46,519 nucleotides of DNA. It comes from Pseudomonadota bacterium. GTDB taxonomy: Bacteria; Pseudomonadota; Gammaproteobacteria; Burkholderiales; Casimicrobiaceae. Position numbers and translations under genes: made by a program. How positions within the stretch are numbered: the first letter of the stretch is position 1; the number at the start of each line of letters is the position of its first letter. The notes under the pieces were generated by a model. That model did not search any database. It saw nothing but the letters and a program-made list of their open reading frames with translations, and had not been told where the DNA came from. The DNA lies in contig JAJXTF010000001.1 of NCBI GenBank assembly GCA_021784125.1, forward strand, positions 1 to 46,519, read 5' to 3'. Positions 7,858 through 15,868 of this stretch are shown here, piece after piece.

Positions 7858-9339
7858 CTACAGCGCCTCTGCCGCGTGGTCGGCAAGGCGCGAGCGCTCG
7901 CCGCGCTGCAGCGTGATGTGTCCCGAGTGCAGCCAGCCCTTGAAGCGGTCGACGACGTAGGTGAGCCCGGAGCTGCCTTCGGTCAGGTACGGCGTGTCGA
8001 TCTGCGCGATGTTGCCGAGGCAGACGACCTTGGTGCCGGGTCCGGCGCGGGTGATCAGCGTCTTCATCTGCTTGGGCGTGAGGTTCTGCGCCTCGTCGAT
8101 GATCAGGAACTTGTTGATGAACGTGCGCCCGCGCATGAAATTGAGGCTCTTCACCTTGATCCGCGAGCGGATCAGGTCGCGCGTCGCCGCGCGTCCCCAG
8201 TCGCCGCTCTCGTCGTCGGTCTTGTTCAGCACGTCGAGGTTGTCCTCGAGCGCCCCCATCCAGGGATTCATCTTCTCTTCCTCGGTGCCCGGCAGGAAAC
8301 CGATGTCCTCGCCGACGGGCACCGTCACGCGCGTCATGATGATCTCGGTGTAGACCTTGAACTCGAGCGTCAGCATCAGGCCCGCCGCGAGGGTCAGCAG
8401 CGTCTTGCCGGTGCCGGCCTGGCCGAGCAGCGTCACGAAATCGACGTCGGGGTTCATCAGCAGGTTCAGCGCGAAGTTCTGCTCGCGGTTGCGCGCGACG
8501 ATCCCCCAGACGTTGTTCTTCTGGTGCGTGTAGTCCTTGAGCGTCGACAGCACGGCGCCCTTGCCCTGGATTTCCTTGACGATCGCATGGAAAGGGGCTT
8601 CGCCCGACCGCTCGAGGTACAGGAACTCGTTGACGTGCAGCGAGGGCACCAGCGGGCCGTTCAACCGGTAGTAGGTGTGGCCCGCCTGCTGCCACGATTC
8701 CATGTCCTTGCCGTGGCGATCCCAGAAGTCGACCGGCAGCTCGCGGATGCCCGAGTACAGCAGCTCGGTGTCCTCGAGCACCTTGTCGTTGAAGTAGTCC
8801 TCGGCGGCAATGCCCAGCGCGCGGGCCTTGATCCGCATGTTGATGTCCTTGGACACCAGGATCACGCTGCGCTTCGGGTGGTGTTGGGTCAGGTGCATGA
8901 CCACCGCGATGATCTGGTTGTCGGCCTTGCCGTTGGCGAGCGATGGCGGCAACGCGATCGCGATCGCCTCGGTCTGCAGGAACAATCTTCCGGTCGCGGC
9001 CCCGCCCGATTTCTCCGCAAGCGGTATGCCGTGCGCGATGCCGGCGGTGCCGGGCTCGGCGTGCATCGTGACGAGCTCGTCGAGGAAGCGTGACGCCTGG
9101 CGTGCGTTGCGCGCGACCTCGGTCATGCCTTTCTTGTGGGCGTCGAGCTCCTCGAGCGTCAGGATCGGCAGGTAGATGTCGTGTTCCTCGAAGCGGAACA
9201 GGCTCGTCGGATCGTGCATCAACACGTTCGTGTCGAGGACGAAAAGCTTGGTCGACTGGGACGGCCCGATGCGGGCCGGCTTGCGGGAAGGCAGGAGGTG
9301 CAGCGTGGAGGGAGCGGGGCGCAGCTTGCGTTCGACCAT
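7858..9339 (-). CDS. PIN domain-PhoH family ATPase (PhoH2/YbeZ-like)
   Basis: N-terminal PIN motifs FVLDTNVLMHDP and SKDINMR; Walker A GQAGTGKT; RGRT; IIDEAQN; GFLPG. Confidence 0.95.
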   Translation of the reverse strand: MVERKLRPAPSTLHLLPSRKPARIGPSQSTKLFVLDTNVLMHDPTSLFRFEEHDIYLPILTLEELDAHKKGMTEVARNARQASRFLDELVTMHAEPGTAGIAHGIPLAEKSGGAATGRLFLQTEAIAIALPPSLANGKADNQIIAVVMHLTQHHPKRSVILVSKDINMRIKARALGIAAEDYFNDKVLEDTELLYSGIRELPVDFWDRHGKDMESWQQAGHTYYRLNGPLVPSLHVNEFLYLERSGEAPFHAIVKEIQGKGAVLSTLKDYTHQKNNVWGIVARNREQNFALNLLMNPDVDFVTLLGQAGTGKTLLTLAAGLMLTLEFKVYTEIIMTRVTVPVGEDIGFLPGTEEEKMNPWMGALEDNLDVLNKTDDESGDWGRAATRDLIRSRIKVKSLNFMRGRTFINKFLIIDEAQNLTPKQMKTLITRAGPGTKVVCLGNIAQIDTPYLTEGSSGLTYVVDRFKGWLHSGHITLQRGERSRLADHAAEAL

Positions 9340-9511
9340 GGGCCTCCTGAAGGATCGACAGGCGGGACCCGACGCGGCCCCTTTCGCCTAAATGTAGGCC
9401 CGATCGAGCTTTGCCACAAGGGGTAGCGATCGGCTCCCTGGCCAATTCAAGATTTTGTGGTGCAAAGCGCACATCGCCGAACGACGACGCCCGGCCACCG
9501 CGCCGGCGCGG

Positions 9512-9964
9512 TCAGAGGGATTTGACGAAATCGAGCACTTCCTGGGCGTGGCCCGCGACTTTCACGCCGCGCCATTCGCGGGCAAGCCGGCCCGATGCGT
9601 CGATGACGAAGGTGCTGCGCTCGATGCCGCGTACCTTCTTCCCGTACATATTCTTCATCTTGATGACGCCGAACTGCGCGCACAGCGCCTCGTCGACGTC
9701 GGAAAGCAGCGGAAACGGGAATTCCATCTTCGCCTTGAAATTCGCGTGCGACTTCAGCGAGTCGCGCGAGATTCCCGCGACGACGGCGCCGAGCTTCGCG
9801 AACTTCGCGTGCAGGTCGCGGAACTGCATGCCCTCGGTCGTACACCCCGGCGTGTTGTCCTTGGGGTAGAAATACAGCACGACGGGGTGGCCGGCATGGT
9901 CGGACAGGCGGAACCTGCCGTCCGTGGATTCGATCTCGAAATCGGCAACGCGGGTGTCGGTCAT
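9512..9964 (-). CDS. bcp: Peroxiredoxin (BCP/PrxQ family)
   Basis: LYFYPKDNTPGCTTE active-site motif; GIERSTFVID. Confidence 0.93.
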   Translation of the reverse strand: MTDTRVADFEIESTDGRFRLSDHAGHPVVLYFYPKDNTPGCTTEGMQFRDLHAKFAKLGAVVAGISRDSLKSHANFKAKMEFPFPLLSDVDEALCAQFGVIKMKNMYGKKVRGIERSTFVIDASGRLAREWRGVKVAGHAQEVLDFVKSL

Positions 9965-9989
9965 GGCAGGCTCCTCGGATATCGGCGGT

Positions 9990-10922
9990 TCAGGCGGCTT
10001 CGCGGAGCAGCGAATCGGCGAGGAATTCCTCGCCCTGCACGAGCAGCGTCCCCGATCGTCCTTCGACGCTGCCCGGCCCGACCTCGCAGCGGGGCAGGGC
10101 CAGCGGCTCGATCGCGTCGCGCAGCGCCCGCACGGGCCCCAGCACCCAGCCCTGGGCTTTCCAGCCGGTCAGCAGCTGGTCGAAGGCGCCGGCGAGCCGT
10201 CCGCCTTCGATCTCGGCGTGCAGCGTGTACACGTGTCCGGATTCACGCGGCTCGCGCGTGCGTTCCAGGACGTGCGCCGCCACGTTGTCCTCGGTGATCG
10301 CGTCGACGCCGATCAGCTCGTCGAGCGTCGGCAGCGTGGTCGGGAACTGCGGACAGCGCACCAGCTCGCCGCGCCATACCGGCAGGTGCGGATGGCTGCC
10401 GCGTCCATCGGAACAGTAGTCGAAGCCGAGCTGCTGGGTGAGGCGCAGCGCATGGACGTTCATCTGCCAGCCGGCGGCGCCGTGCGTGCTGGGAGGGACG
10501 CCGAAGATCGCCGCGTAGCGCTCGCAGGCCCTGTCCATTTCGCGGCGCGTCCAGTCGGCATCGGCGGTGGCCAGGCCATCCTGCCAGCGCACGTGGTCCC
10601 AGCAATGGATGCCGGTCTCGTGTCCCGCGTCGCGGACGCTCCTCATGACGTCGGCGGCGCGGACGCCGATGTCGGGTCCCGGCAGCAGCGTTCCGTAGAG
10701 GAGCGTGCGCAACCCGTAGTGCCGCAGCACCGACGTGCGGCGGACCTTGCCGAAGAAGCCCGCCCGGAAGATGCGCTTGATCGCGCGTCCGGTGTGATCG
10801 GGACCGAGCGAGAACAGGAACGTTGCGGTGACCCCGTGCCGGCCGAGGATCTCGAGCAGCCGCGGAACCCCTTCGCGCGTGCCGCGCAGCGTGTCGACGT
10901 CGACCTTGAGTCCCAGCCTCAT
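9990..10922 (-). CDS. arnD: ArnD-like polysaccharide deacetylase (L-Ara4FN-undecaprenyl phosphate deformylase)
   Basis: LKVDVDTLRGTREGVP, GPDHTGRA, H.WDH..WQD, YTLHAE.EG; ATGA overlap with the upstream gene; last gene of the arn cluster. Confidence 0.88.
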   Translation of the reverse strand: MRLGLKVDVDTLRGTREGVPRLLEILGRHGVTATFLFSLGPDHTGRAIKRIFRAGFFGKVRRTSVLRHYGLRTLLYGTLLPGPDIGVRAADVMRSVRDAGHETGIHCWDHVRWQDGLATADADWTRREMDRACERYAAIFGVPPSTHGAAGWQMNVHALRLTQQLGFDYCSDGRGSHPHLPVWRGELVRCPQFPTTLPTLDELIGVDAITEDNVAAHVLERTREPRESGHVYTLHAEIEGGRLAGAFDQLLTGWKAQGWVLGPVRALRDAIEPLALPRCEVGPGSVEGRSGTLLVQGEEFLADSLLREAA

Positions 10923-11962
10923 TCGACGAGCGCGCGCGCCTCGGCGACATGGCCGCGGTACGCCTCGAAGATGCGACGCAGCGCATCTTCCATCGAGACG
11001 CGCGGCTGCCATTGCAGGTCGGCGCAGGTATTGACGATCTTCGGCACGCGGTTCTGCACGTCCTGGTAGCCGTCGCCGTAGTACGCCGCGGCCGTCGTGT
11101 CGACGATCCGGACCGCAGCCGCACTGTCGCGGTACTCGGGATACTGCGCGGCCATCGCGAGCATCATCTGCGCGAGCTCGCGCACCGAGAAGTTGTTCGC
11201 CGGATTGCCGATGTTGTAGATCTTGCCGCTCGCGATACGGCCCGGGTTGTCGATGATCGTCATCAGCGCGGCGATGCCGTCGTCGATGTAGGTGAAGGCG
11301 CGCTTCTGCGTGCCGCCGTCGACGAGCTTGATCGGCTCGCCGCGGACGATGTGGCCGAGGAACTGCGTGATGACCCGCGAGCTGCCTTCCTTCGGGGCAT
11401 TGATCGAATCGAGGCCGGCGCCGATCCAGTTGAACGGCCGGAACAGCGTGTAGTCGAGGCCTTCCTGCTGGCCGTAGGCGTGGATCACGCGGTCCATCAG
11501 CTGCTTGGCGCAGGAATAGATCCAGCGCGGCTTGTTGATCGGGCCGAGCACCAGGTTCGAGCGCTCCGGATCGAACTCGGCGTCGCTGCACATGCCGTAG
11601 ACCTCGGAGGTCGACGGGAACACCACGCGCTTCTTGTGCCTGACCGCCGCCCTGACGATCGGCAGGTTGGCCTCGAAGTCGAGCTCGAACACCCGCAGCG
11701 GCTCGCGGACGTAGGTCGCCGGCGTGGCGATCGCGACCAGCGGCAGCACCACGTCGCATTTCTTGACGTGGTACTCGATCCACTCGCGGTTGATCGTGAT
11801 GTCGCCTTCGAAGAAATGGAAGCGGGGTTCTCCGAGCAGATCGACGATCCGGTCGGTCTGCATGTCCATGCCGTAGATTTCCCAGTCCGTGCCGGCGATG
11901 ATCGCCTGCGACAGGTGGTGGCCGATGAACCCGTTGACGCCGAGGATGAGGATGCGCTTCAT
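10919..11962 (-). CDS. arnA: UDP-glucuronic acid oxidase/decarboxylase (stand-alone ArnA C-terminal domain, ArnA2)
   Basis: ILILGVNGFIGHHL Rossmann motif; PLVAIATP; FPSTSEVYG; RWIYSCAK; FRPFNW. Confidence 0.93.
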   Translation of the reverse strand: MKRILILGVNGFIGHHLSQAIIAGTDWEIYGMDMQTDRIVDLLGEPRFHFFEGDITINREWIEYHVKKCDVVLPLVAIATPATYVREPLRVFELDFEANLPIVRAAVRHKKRVVFPSTSEVYGMCSDAEFDPERSNLVLGPINKPRWIYSCAKQLMDRVIHAYGQQEGLDYTLFRPFNWIGAGLDSINAPKEGSSRVITQFLGHIVRGEPIKLVDGGTQKRAFTYIDDGIAALMTIIDNPGRIASGKIYNIGNPANNFSVRELAQMMLAMAAQYPEYRDSAAAVRIVDTTAAAYYGDGYQDVQNRVPKIVNTCADLQWQPRVSMEDALRRIFEAYRGHVAEARALVE

Positions 11963-12029
11963 GGAAGGAGGGTGATCCGGCGACTGCCTGGGGGCCGCAT
12001 TGTACCGTGCCGGGGTGCTCGACCCGGCG

Positions 12030-12989
12030 TCAGGCGCGCGCAGCGTGGGGGGCGCCCGGGTCGACCGGCAGCGGCAGCGGCAGCGCCGCGTCGCCGAAGC
12101 GTTCGACGAGCATCGCCGGCGTGTGCAGCTGGCCGTCGACCTCCAACGCATCGACGCGCAGGACGCCGCCGCCGCCGCAGCGCGCGAGCAGGCTCCCGCG
12201 CTCGACCGCGAGCGTCGGGGCCGTGGGAACGCCCGCCGCGGCGACGATCCGGGTGCGCAGCACGCGCGCCGGGTGCCCCGCGACCGCGGTGAACGCGCCG
12301 GGGTACGGCGGCGCGACCGCGCGGACCAGGTTGTGCACGGTCGGCGCGGCCTGCGACCAGTCGATCCGGCCGTCTTCGGGCTTGCGGCCGCCGAAATAGG
12401 AACCGCGCGCGATGTCGTTGCGCCGCCTCGGCGCGGTGCCGGCGAGCAGCGCCGGCAGCACGCCGTCGAGGCAGATCTCCGCCGCCAGCGTGACCTTGTC
12501 GAAGACCTCCATCGCGGTGTCGTCGGGCAGGATCGGCACCGCCTGCTGCGCGACGATGTCGCCGGCGTCGGGCTTGTCCGCCATGTAGTGCAGCGTCGCG
12601 CCCGTGTGCCGTTCGCCGCGGAGCACCGCCCAGTTGACCGGCGCGCGCCCGCGGTAATGCGGCAGCAGCGAGCCGTGCATGTTCAGCGCCCCGCGTGCGG
12701 CGAGCGCGAGCAGCGGCGCGCCCAGCATGCGGCGGTAGTAGAAACTGAAGATGAAATCGGGCGCGAGCGCCGCGACCGTCGCGACGACGTCGGAGGCGTT
12801 CGCATCGGCAGGGGCGATCCACGGCAATTCGAGATCCGCAGCGACGTCGGCGACGCGGGCGAACCACTGCGTCTCGGCCGGGTCGTCGTCGTGGGTGACG
12901 ACCAGCCGGACGTCGACGCCATGGGCCTGCAGCACCCGCAGGCAGCGCGCCCCGACGTTGTGATAGGCGAAGACGACCGCTCGGCTCAT
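12030..12989 (-). CDS. arnA: UDP-L-Ara4N formyltransferase (stand-alone ArnA N-terminal domain, ArnA1)
   Basis: AVVFAYHNVG; FSFYYR; NMHGSLLPHYRGRAPVNWAV; PDAGDI; PPYPGAF. Confidence 0.93.
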   Translation of the reverse strand: MSRAVVFAYHNVGARCLRVLQAHGVDVRLVVTHDDDPAETQWFARVADVAADLELPWIAPADANASDVVATVAALAPDFIFSFYYRRMLGAPLLALAARGALNMHGSLLPHYRGRAPVNWAVLRGERHTGATLHYMADKPDAGDIVAQQAVPILPDDTAMEVFDKVTLAAEICLDGVLPALLAGTAPRRRNDIARGSYFGGRKPEDGRIDWSQAAPTVHNLVRAVAPPYPGAFTAVAGHPARVLRTRIVAAAGVPTAPTLAVERGSLLARCGGGGVLRVDALEVDGQLHTPAMLVERFGDAALPLPLPVDPGAPHAARA

Positions 12990-13028
12990 CGCGAGATCAA
13001 TGCCGGCCTGGGGATGCGCTGCGCGTAG

Positions 13029-14063
13029 CTACCGGAGCTCGCGCGTCTCGACCGGCTCCGGGTGGCGCTCGCCCCTGGGTAGCCCGCCGCGTTCCCCGTC
13101 GCGCCCGCTGTCGCCCTCACCGTCGCGCTCCAGCACCGCGCGGATCACGTAGCTCGGCCGCGTGCGCACCTGCTGGTAGATGCGTCCGACGTATTCGCCG
13201 AGCAGGCCGACGCCGAACATGATCCAGCCGATCAGGAAGAACGCGAGGATGTCGCGATCCCACAGCGTCTTGATGCCTTCGAGGAATCCGCCGGCGATCG
13301 TGCGCTCGGTCATGACGACCGCGTAGAGGACGATCGAACCGAAGGCGACCAGCATGCCCAGCACCGAGAAGAGCTGCAGCGGCACCAGCGAGAATCCGGT
13401 CACGAGGTCGAAGTTGAGGCGGATCAGGCGGTAAAGCGAGTACTTGGACTCGCCCGCGCTGCGCTCCTCGTGCTCGACGTCGACCTCGACCGGGCGATGC
13501 GCGAAGGTGTAGGCGAGCGCCGGGATGTAGACGCTGACCTCGCGCGCGGCGGCGACCGCGTCGACGATGTCGCGGCTGTAGGCGCGCAGCATGCAGCCCT
13601 GGTCGGTCATCCTGATGCGGGTGATTCGTTCGCGCAGACGGTTCATCAGCCGCGACGCCGTACGTCGCCACCACGCATCCTCGCGGCTGCGCCGCACGCC
13701 GCCGACGTAGTCGGCCCCGGCGTCCATCGCGGCGAGCAGCTTGCCGATCTCCTCGGGCGGGTTCTGCAGGTCAGCGTCGAGGGTGACGATGCGCTCGCCG
13801 CGCACACGCGCGAATCCGGCGAGGATCGCCAGGTGCTGGCCGAAATTCGCGTTGAACAGGATCACGCGCGTGACGTCGGGCCGCGCCGCGTACTGATCCT
13901 TCAGCATCGCCGCCGACCGGTCGCGGCTGCCGTCGTTGATGAAGATCACCTCGTAGGGCAGGCCCAGCGCGTCGAGGGCCGGGTAGAGCCGCGCGAACAG
14001 CGCAGCCAGACCCTCTTCCTCGTTGTAGACGGGAACGACGACGGAAAGCTGCGGCGCGCTCAT
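13029..14063 (-). CDS. arnC: Undecaprenyl-phosphate L-Ara4FN transferase (GT2)
   Basis: SVVVPVYNEE, NDGSRD, NFGQH.A, TLDADLQNPPEEI, two C-terminal TM helices, LLGEYVGRIY. Confidence 0.92.
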   Translation of the reverse strand: MSAPQLSVVVPVYNEEEGLAALFARLYPALDALGLPYEVIFINDGSRDRSAAMLKDQYAARPDVTRVILFNANFGQHLAILAGFARVRGERIVTLDADLQNPPEEIGKLLAAMDAGADYVGGVRRSREDAWWRRTASRLMNRLRERITRIRMTDQGCMLRAYSRDIVDAVAAAREVSVYIPALAYTFAHRPVEVDVEHEERSAGESKYSLYRLIRLNFDLVTGFSLVPLQLFSVLGMLVAFGSIVLYAVVMTERTIAGGFLEGIKTLWDRDILAFFLIGWIMFGVGLLGEYVGRIYQQVRTRPSYVIRAVLERDGEGDSGRDGERGGLPRGERHPEPVETRELR

Positions 14064-14326
14064 CGAACGACCCCCACGCTTGCGGCATTCGCCGCTGCGC
14101 TGCCCCCGAAGGGGGCGGAATTCGCGCCTCGGGACGGCCCTTCGGCGCTCGTATGCCCCCCCACGCTTGCGGCATTCGCCGCTGCGCTGCCCCCGAAGGG
14201 GGCGGAATTCGCGCCTCGGGACGGCCCTTCGGCGCTCATGTGCCCCCCCACGCTTGCGGCGTTCGCCGCTGCGCTGCCCCCGAAGGGGGCGGAATTCGCG
14301 CCTCGGGACGGCCCTTCGGCGCTCAT
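14060..14326 (-). CDS. Repeat-encoded 88-aa ORF, about (MSAEGPSRGANSAPFGGSAAANAASVGGH)x3; translation unproven
   Basis: ATG 14326 overlaps the arnB stop (ATGA), and its TGA (14062-14060) overlaps the arnC ATG (ATGA). Confidence 0.5.
   Translation of the reverse strand: MSAEGPSRGANSAPFGGSAAANAASVGGHMSAEGPSRGANSAPFGGSAAANAASVGGHTSAEGPSRGANSAPFGGSAAANAASVGVVR
14071..14326. repeat. Tandem array of three nearly identical 87-bp palindrome-rich units in the arnB-arnC junction
   Basis: ACGCTTGCGGC recurs at 14076, 14163 and 14250 (period 87). Each unit contains GCGGC-N4-GCCGC, GCCCCC-GAA-GGGGGC and GCGCC...GGCGC hairpins. Confidence 0.97.
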
Positions 14327-15471
14327 GGTTGTCGGCCGCGATGGGCCGCGATGATCCCGGCGCAGTCGTCGCAGACGCGGTCGACGTCGGCGACGGTCAT
14401 CGCCGGATGCAGCGGCAGCGTGACGGTGGATTCGGCGATGCGCTCGGTGTTCGGGAGGTCGCCCTGCCGGTAGCCGTAGCGTCGCCCGAGGGTCGACAGG
14501 TGCAGTGCTTCGTAGGACACGCCCGTTGCGATCCCCCGCTCGGCGAGTGCGTCGCGGAACGCCTTGCGCGAAAGCGTCAGCCGGTCGAGCGGCAGCAGGA
14601 TGCAGAACATGTTCCACGACTGCCCGTCGCCGTCGACCGGCCGCGGCGGCAGCACGCACCCGGGGTCGGTCGCGAAACGCTCGAAGTAACGCAGCACCAG
14701 CGCACGGCGCTGCTCGAGGAACGTGGGCAGGCGCTCGAGCTGTGCCAGGCCGATCCTCGCGTTGACGTCGGGCAGGTTGAACTTGCCGCCGGGAAAGCCG
14801 ACGTCGCGGGTGCCGTCCGCCAGGCGCTCGATGCCGTGGAAGCGCAGGATGTCGACGCGACGCGCCTCGTCGGCGTCGTTGCAGACCAGCGCGCCGCCTT
14901 CGATCGACGTCATGTTCTTGTTCGGGTGGAAGCTGAAGGTCACGATGTCGCCGAACGCGCCCACCGGCGTGCCTTTCCAGCGCGATCCGATGACCAGCGC
15001 CGCGTCCTCGATGACGCGCAGGCGGTGGCTGCGCGCGAGCGCGTGCAGCGCGTCCATGTCGACCAGCGAGCCGGGCCAATGGGTCGGGATGATCGCGCGT
15101 GTGCGGGCGCCGATTCGCGCCTCGACCTGGCCGAGGTCGATGTTGCGCGTCACCGGATGGCAATCGACGAACACCGGGGTTGCGCCGACCTTGACGATCA
15201 TGTTGAGGACGGTGAAGAAGCTCTGCGCGCAGGTGATCACCTCGTCGCCGGGCCCGATGCCGGCGAGCTGCAGCGCGATCTCGACCGCCGCGGTCGCGGA
15301 CGTGACCGCGCGCGCCGGCCGGCCGCCGCAGAAATCGGACAGCGCCGCCTCGAAGCGCTCGACCCAGGGGCCGCTGGTGACGTGGCCGGAGCGCAGCACG
15401 TCGCCGACGGCGGTGATCGTCGCCTCGTCGATCACGGGGGCTGCGAACTTGAGGGGCGCGACGGAGGTCAT
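14323..15471 (-). CDS. arnB: DegT/DnrJ/EryC1/StrS aminotransferase (UDP-4-keto-pentose aminotransferase, ArnB-like)
   Basis: VLRSGHVTSGP, GPGDEVI, VIEDAA, FSFHPNKNMTSIEGG (PLP lysine), TLPLHP; arn context. Confidence 0.9.
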   Translation of the reverse strand: MTSVAPLKFAAPVIDEATITAVGDVLRSGHVTSGPWVERFEAALSDFCGGRPARAVTSATAAVEIALQLAGIGPGDEVITCAQSFFTVLNMIVKVGATPVFVDCHPVTRNIDLGQVEARIGARTRAIIPTHWPGSLVDMDALHALARSHRLRVIEDAALVIGSRWKGTPVGAFGDIVTFSFHPNKNMTSIEGGALVCNDADEARRVDILRFHGIERLADGTRDVGFPGGKFNLPDVNARIGLAQLERLPTFLEQRRALVLRYFERFATDPGCVLPPRPVDGDGQSWNMFCILLPLDRLTLSRKAFRDALAERGIATGVSYEALHLSTLGRRYGYRQGDLPNTERIAESTVTLPLHPAMTVADVDRVCDDCAGIIAAHRGRQP

Positions 15472-15484
15472 CGGACGATCGGCT

Positions 15485-15856
15485 TCAGCTCTTCGCGACC
15501 AGCCAGACGCCGGCGATGATGAAGCCGATGCCGAGCCAGCGCTGGATGCTGACCGCCTCGCCGAACAGGTAGTGCGCGGCGATGGCATTGACGACGTAGC
15601 CCAGCGACAGCATCGGGTAGGCGACGGAGACGGGGACGCGCGACAGGCCGAGGATCCATACCACGAGACTCACGACGTAGAGGGCGACGCCGCCGATGAA
15701 ATGGCTCTCGGTCGCCATCCGGACGAAGGTCGAGAACCAGTTGCCCGGGGTCAGCGTGATGACGCCGAGCCGGTTGGTGCCCGCCTTCAGGAAGAGCTGC
15801 GCCGCCGCGTTGAGCAGCACGCCGGTGATCAGAAAGAGGAATGCGGAGACGCTCAT
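15485..15856 (-). CDS. EamA/SMR-type L-Ara4N-undecaprenyl phosphate flippase (ArnE/F- or ArnG-like)
   Basis: 123 aa with four TM segments; LSRVPVSVAYPMLSLGY; FGEAVS; lies between arnT and arnB. Confidence 0.88.
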   Translation of the reverse strand: MSVSAFLFLITGVLLNAAAQLFLKAGTNRLGVITLTPGNWFSTFVRMATESHFIGGVALYVVSLVVWILGLSRVPVSVAYPMLSLGYVVNAIAAHYLFGEAVSIQRWLGIGFIIAGVWLVAKS

Positions 15857-15868
15857 CGTCGTCGGGTA

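Noticed and set aside
7858-9339. PIN-PhoH as a toxin-antitoxin or defence system
   Set aside because: No adjacent antitoxin ORF is evident, and the dnaB/phoH/bcp/arn neighbourhood looks like ordinary betaproteobacterial core synteny.
9990-11783. 597-aa ArnA-ArnD fusion or frameshifted arnA
   Set aside because: ArnD starts at ATG 10922 with an ATGA overlap, and the upstream part is off-frame. ArnA1 and ArnA2 each have intact starts and stops, as in the known split arrangement.
14071-14326. CRISPR array interpretation of the 87-bp repeats
   Set aside because: The units are contiguous and nearly identical throughout, with no unique spacers. They are too long, and there are no cas genes in the window.
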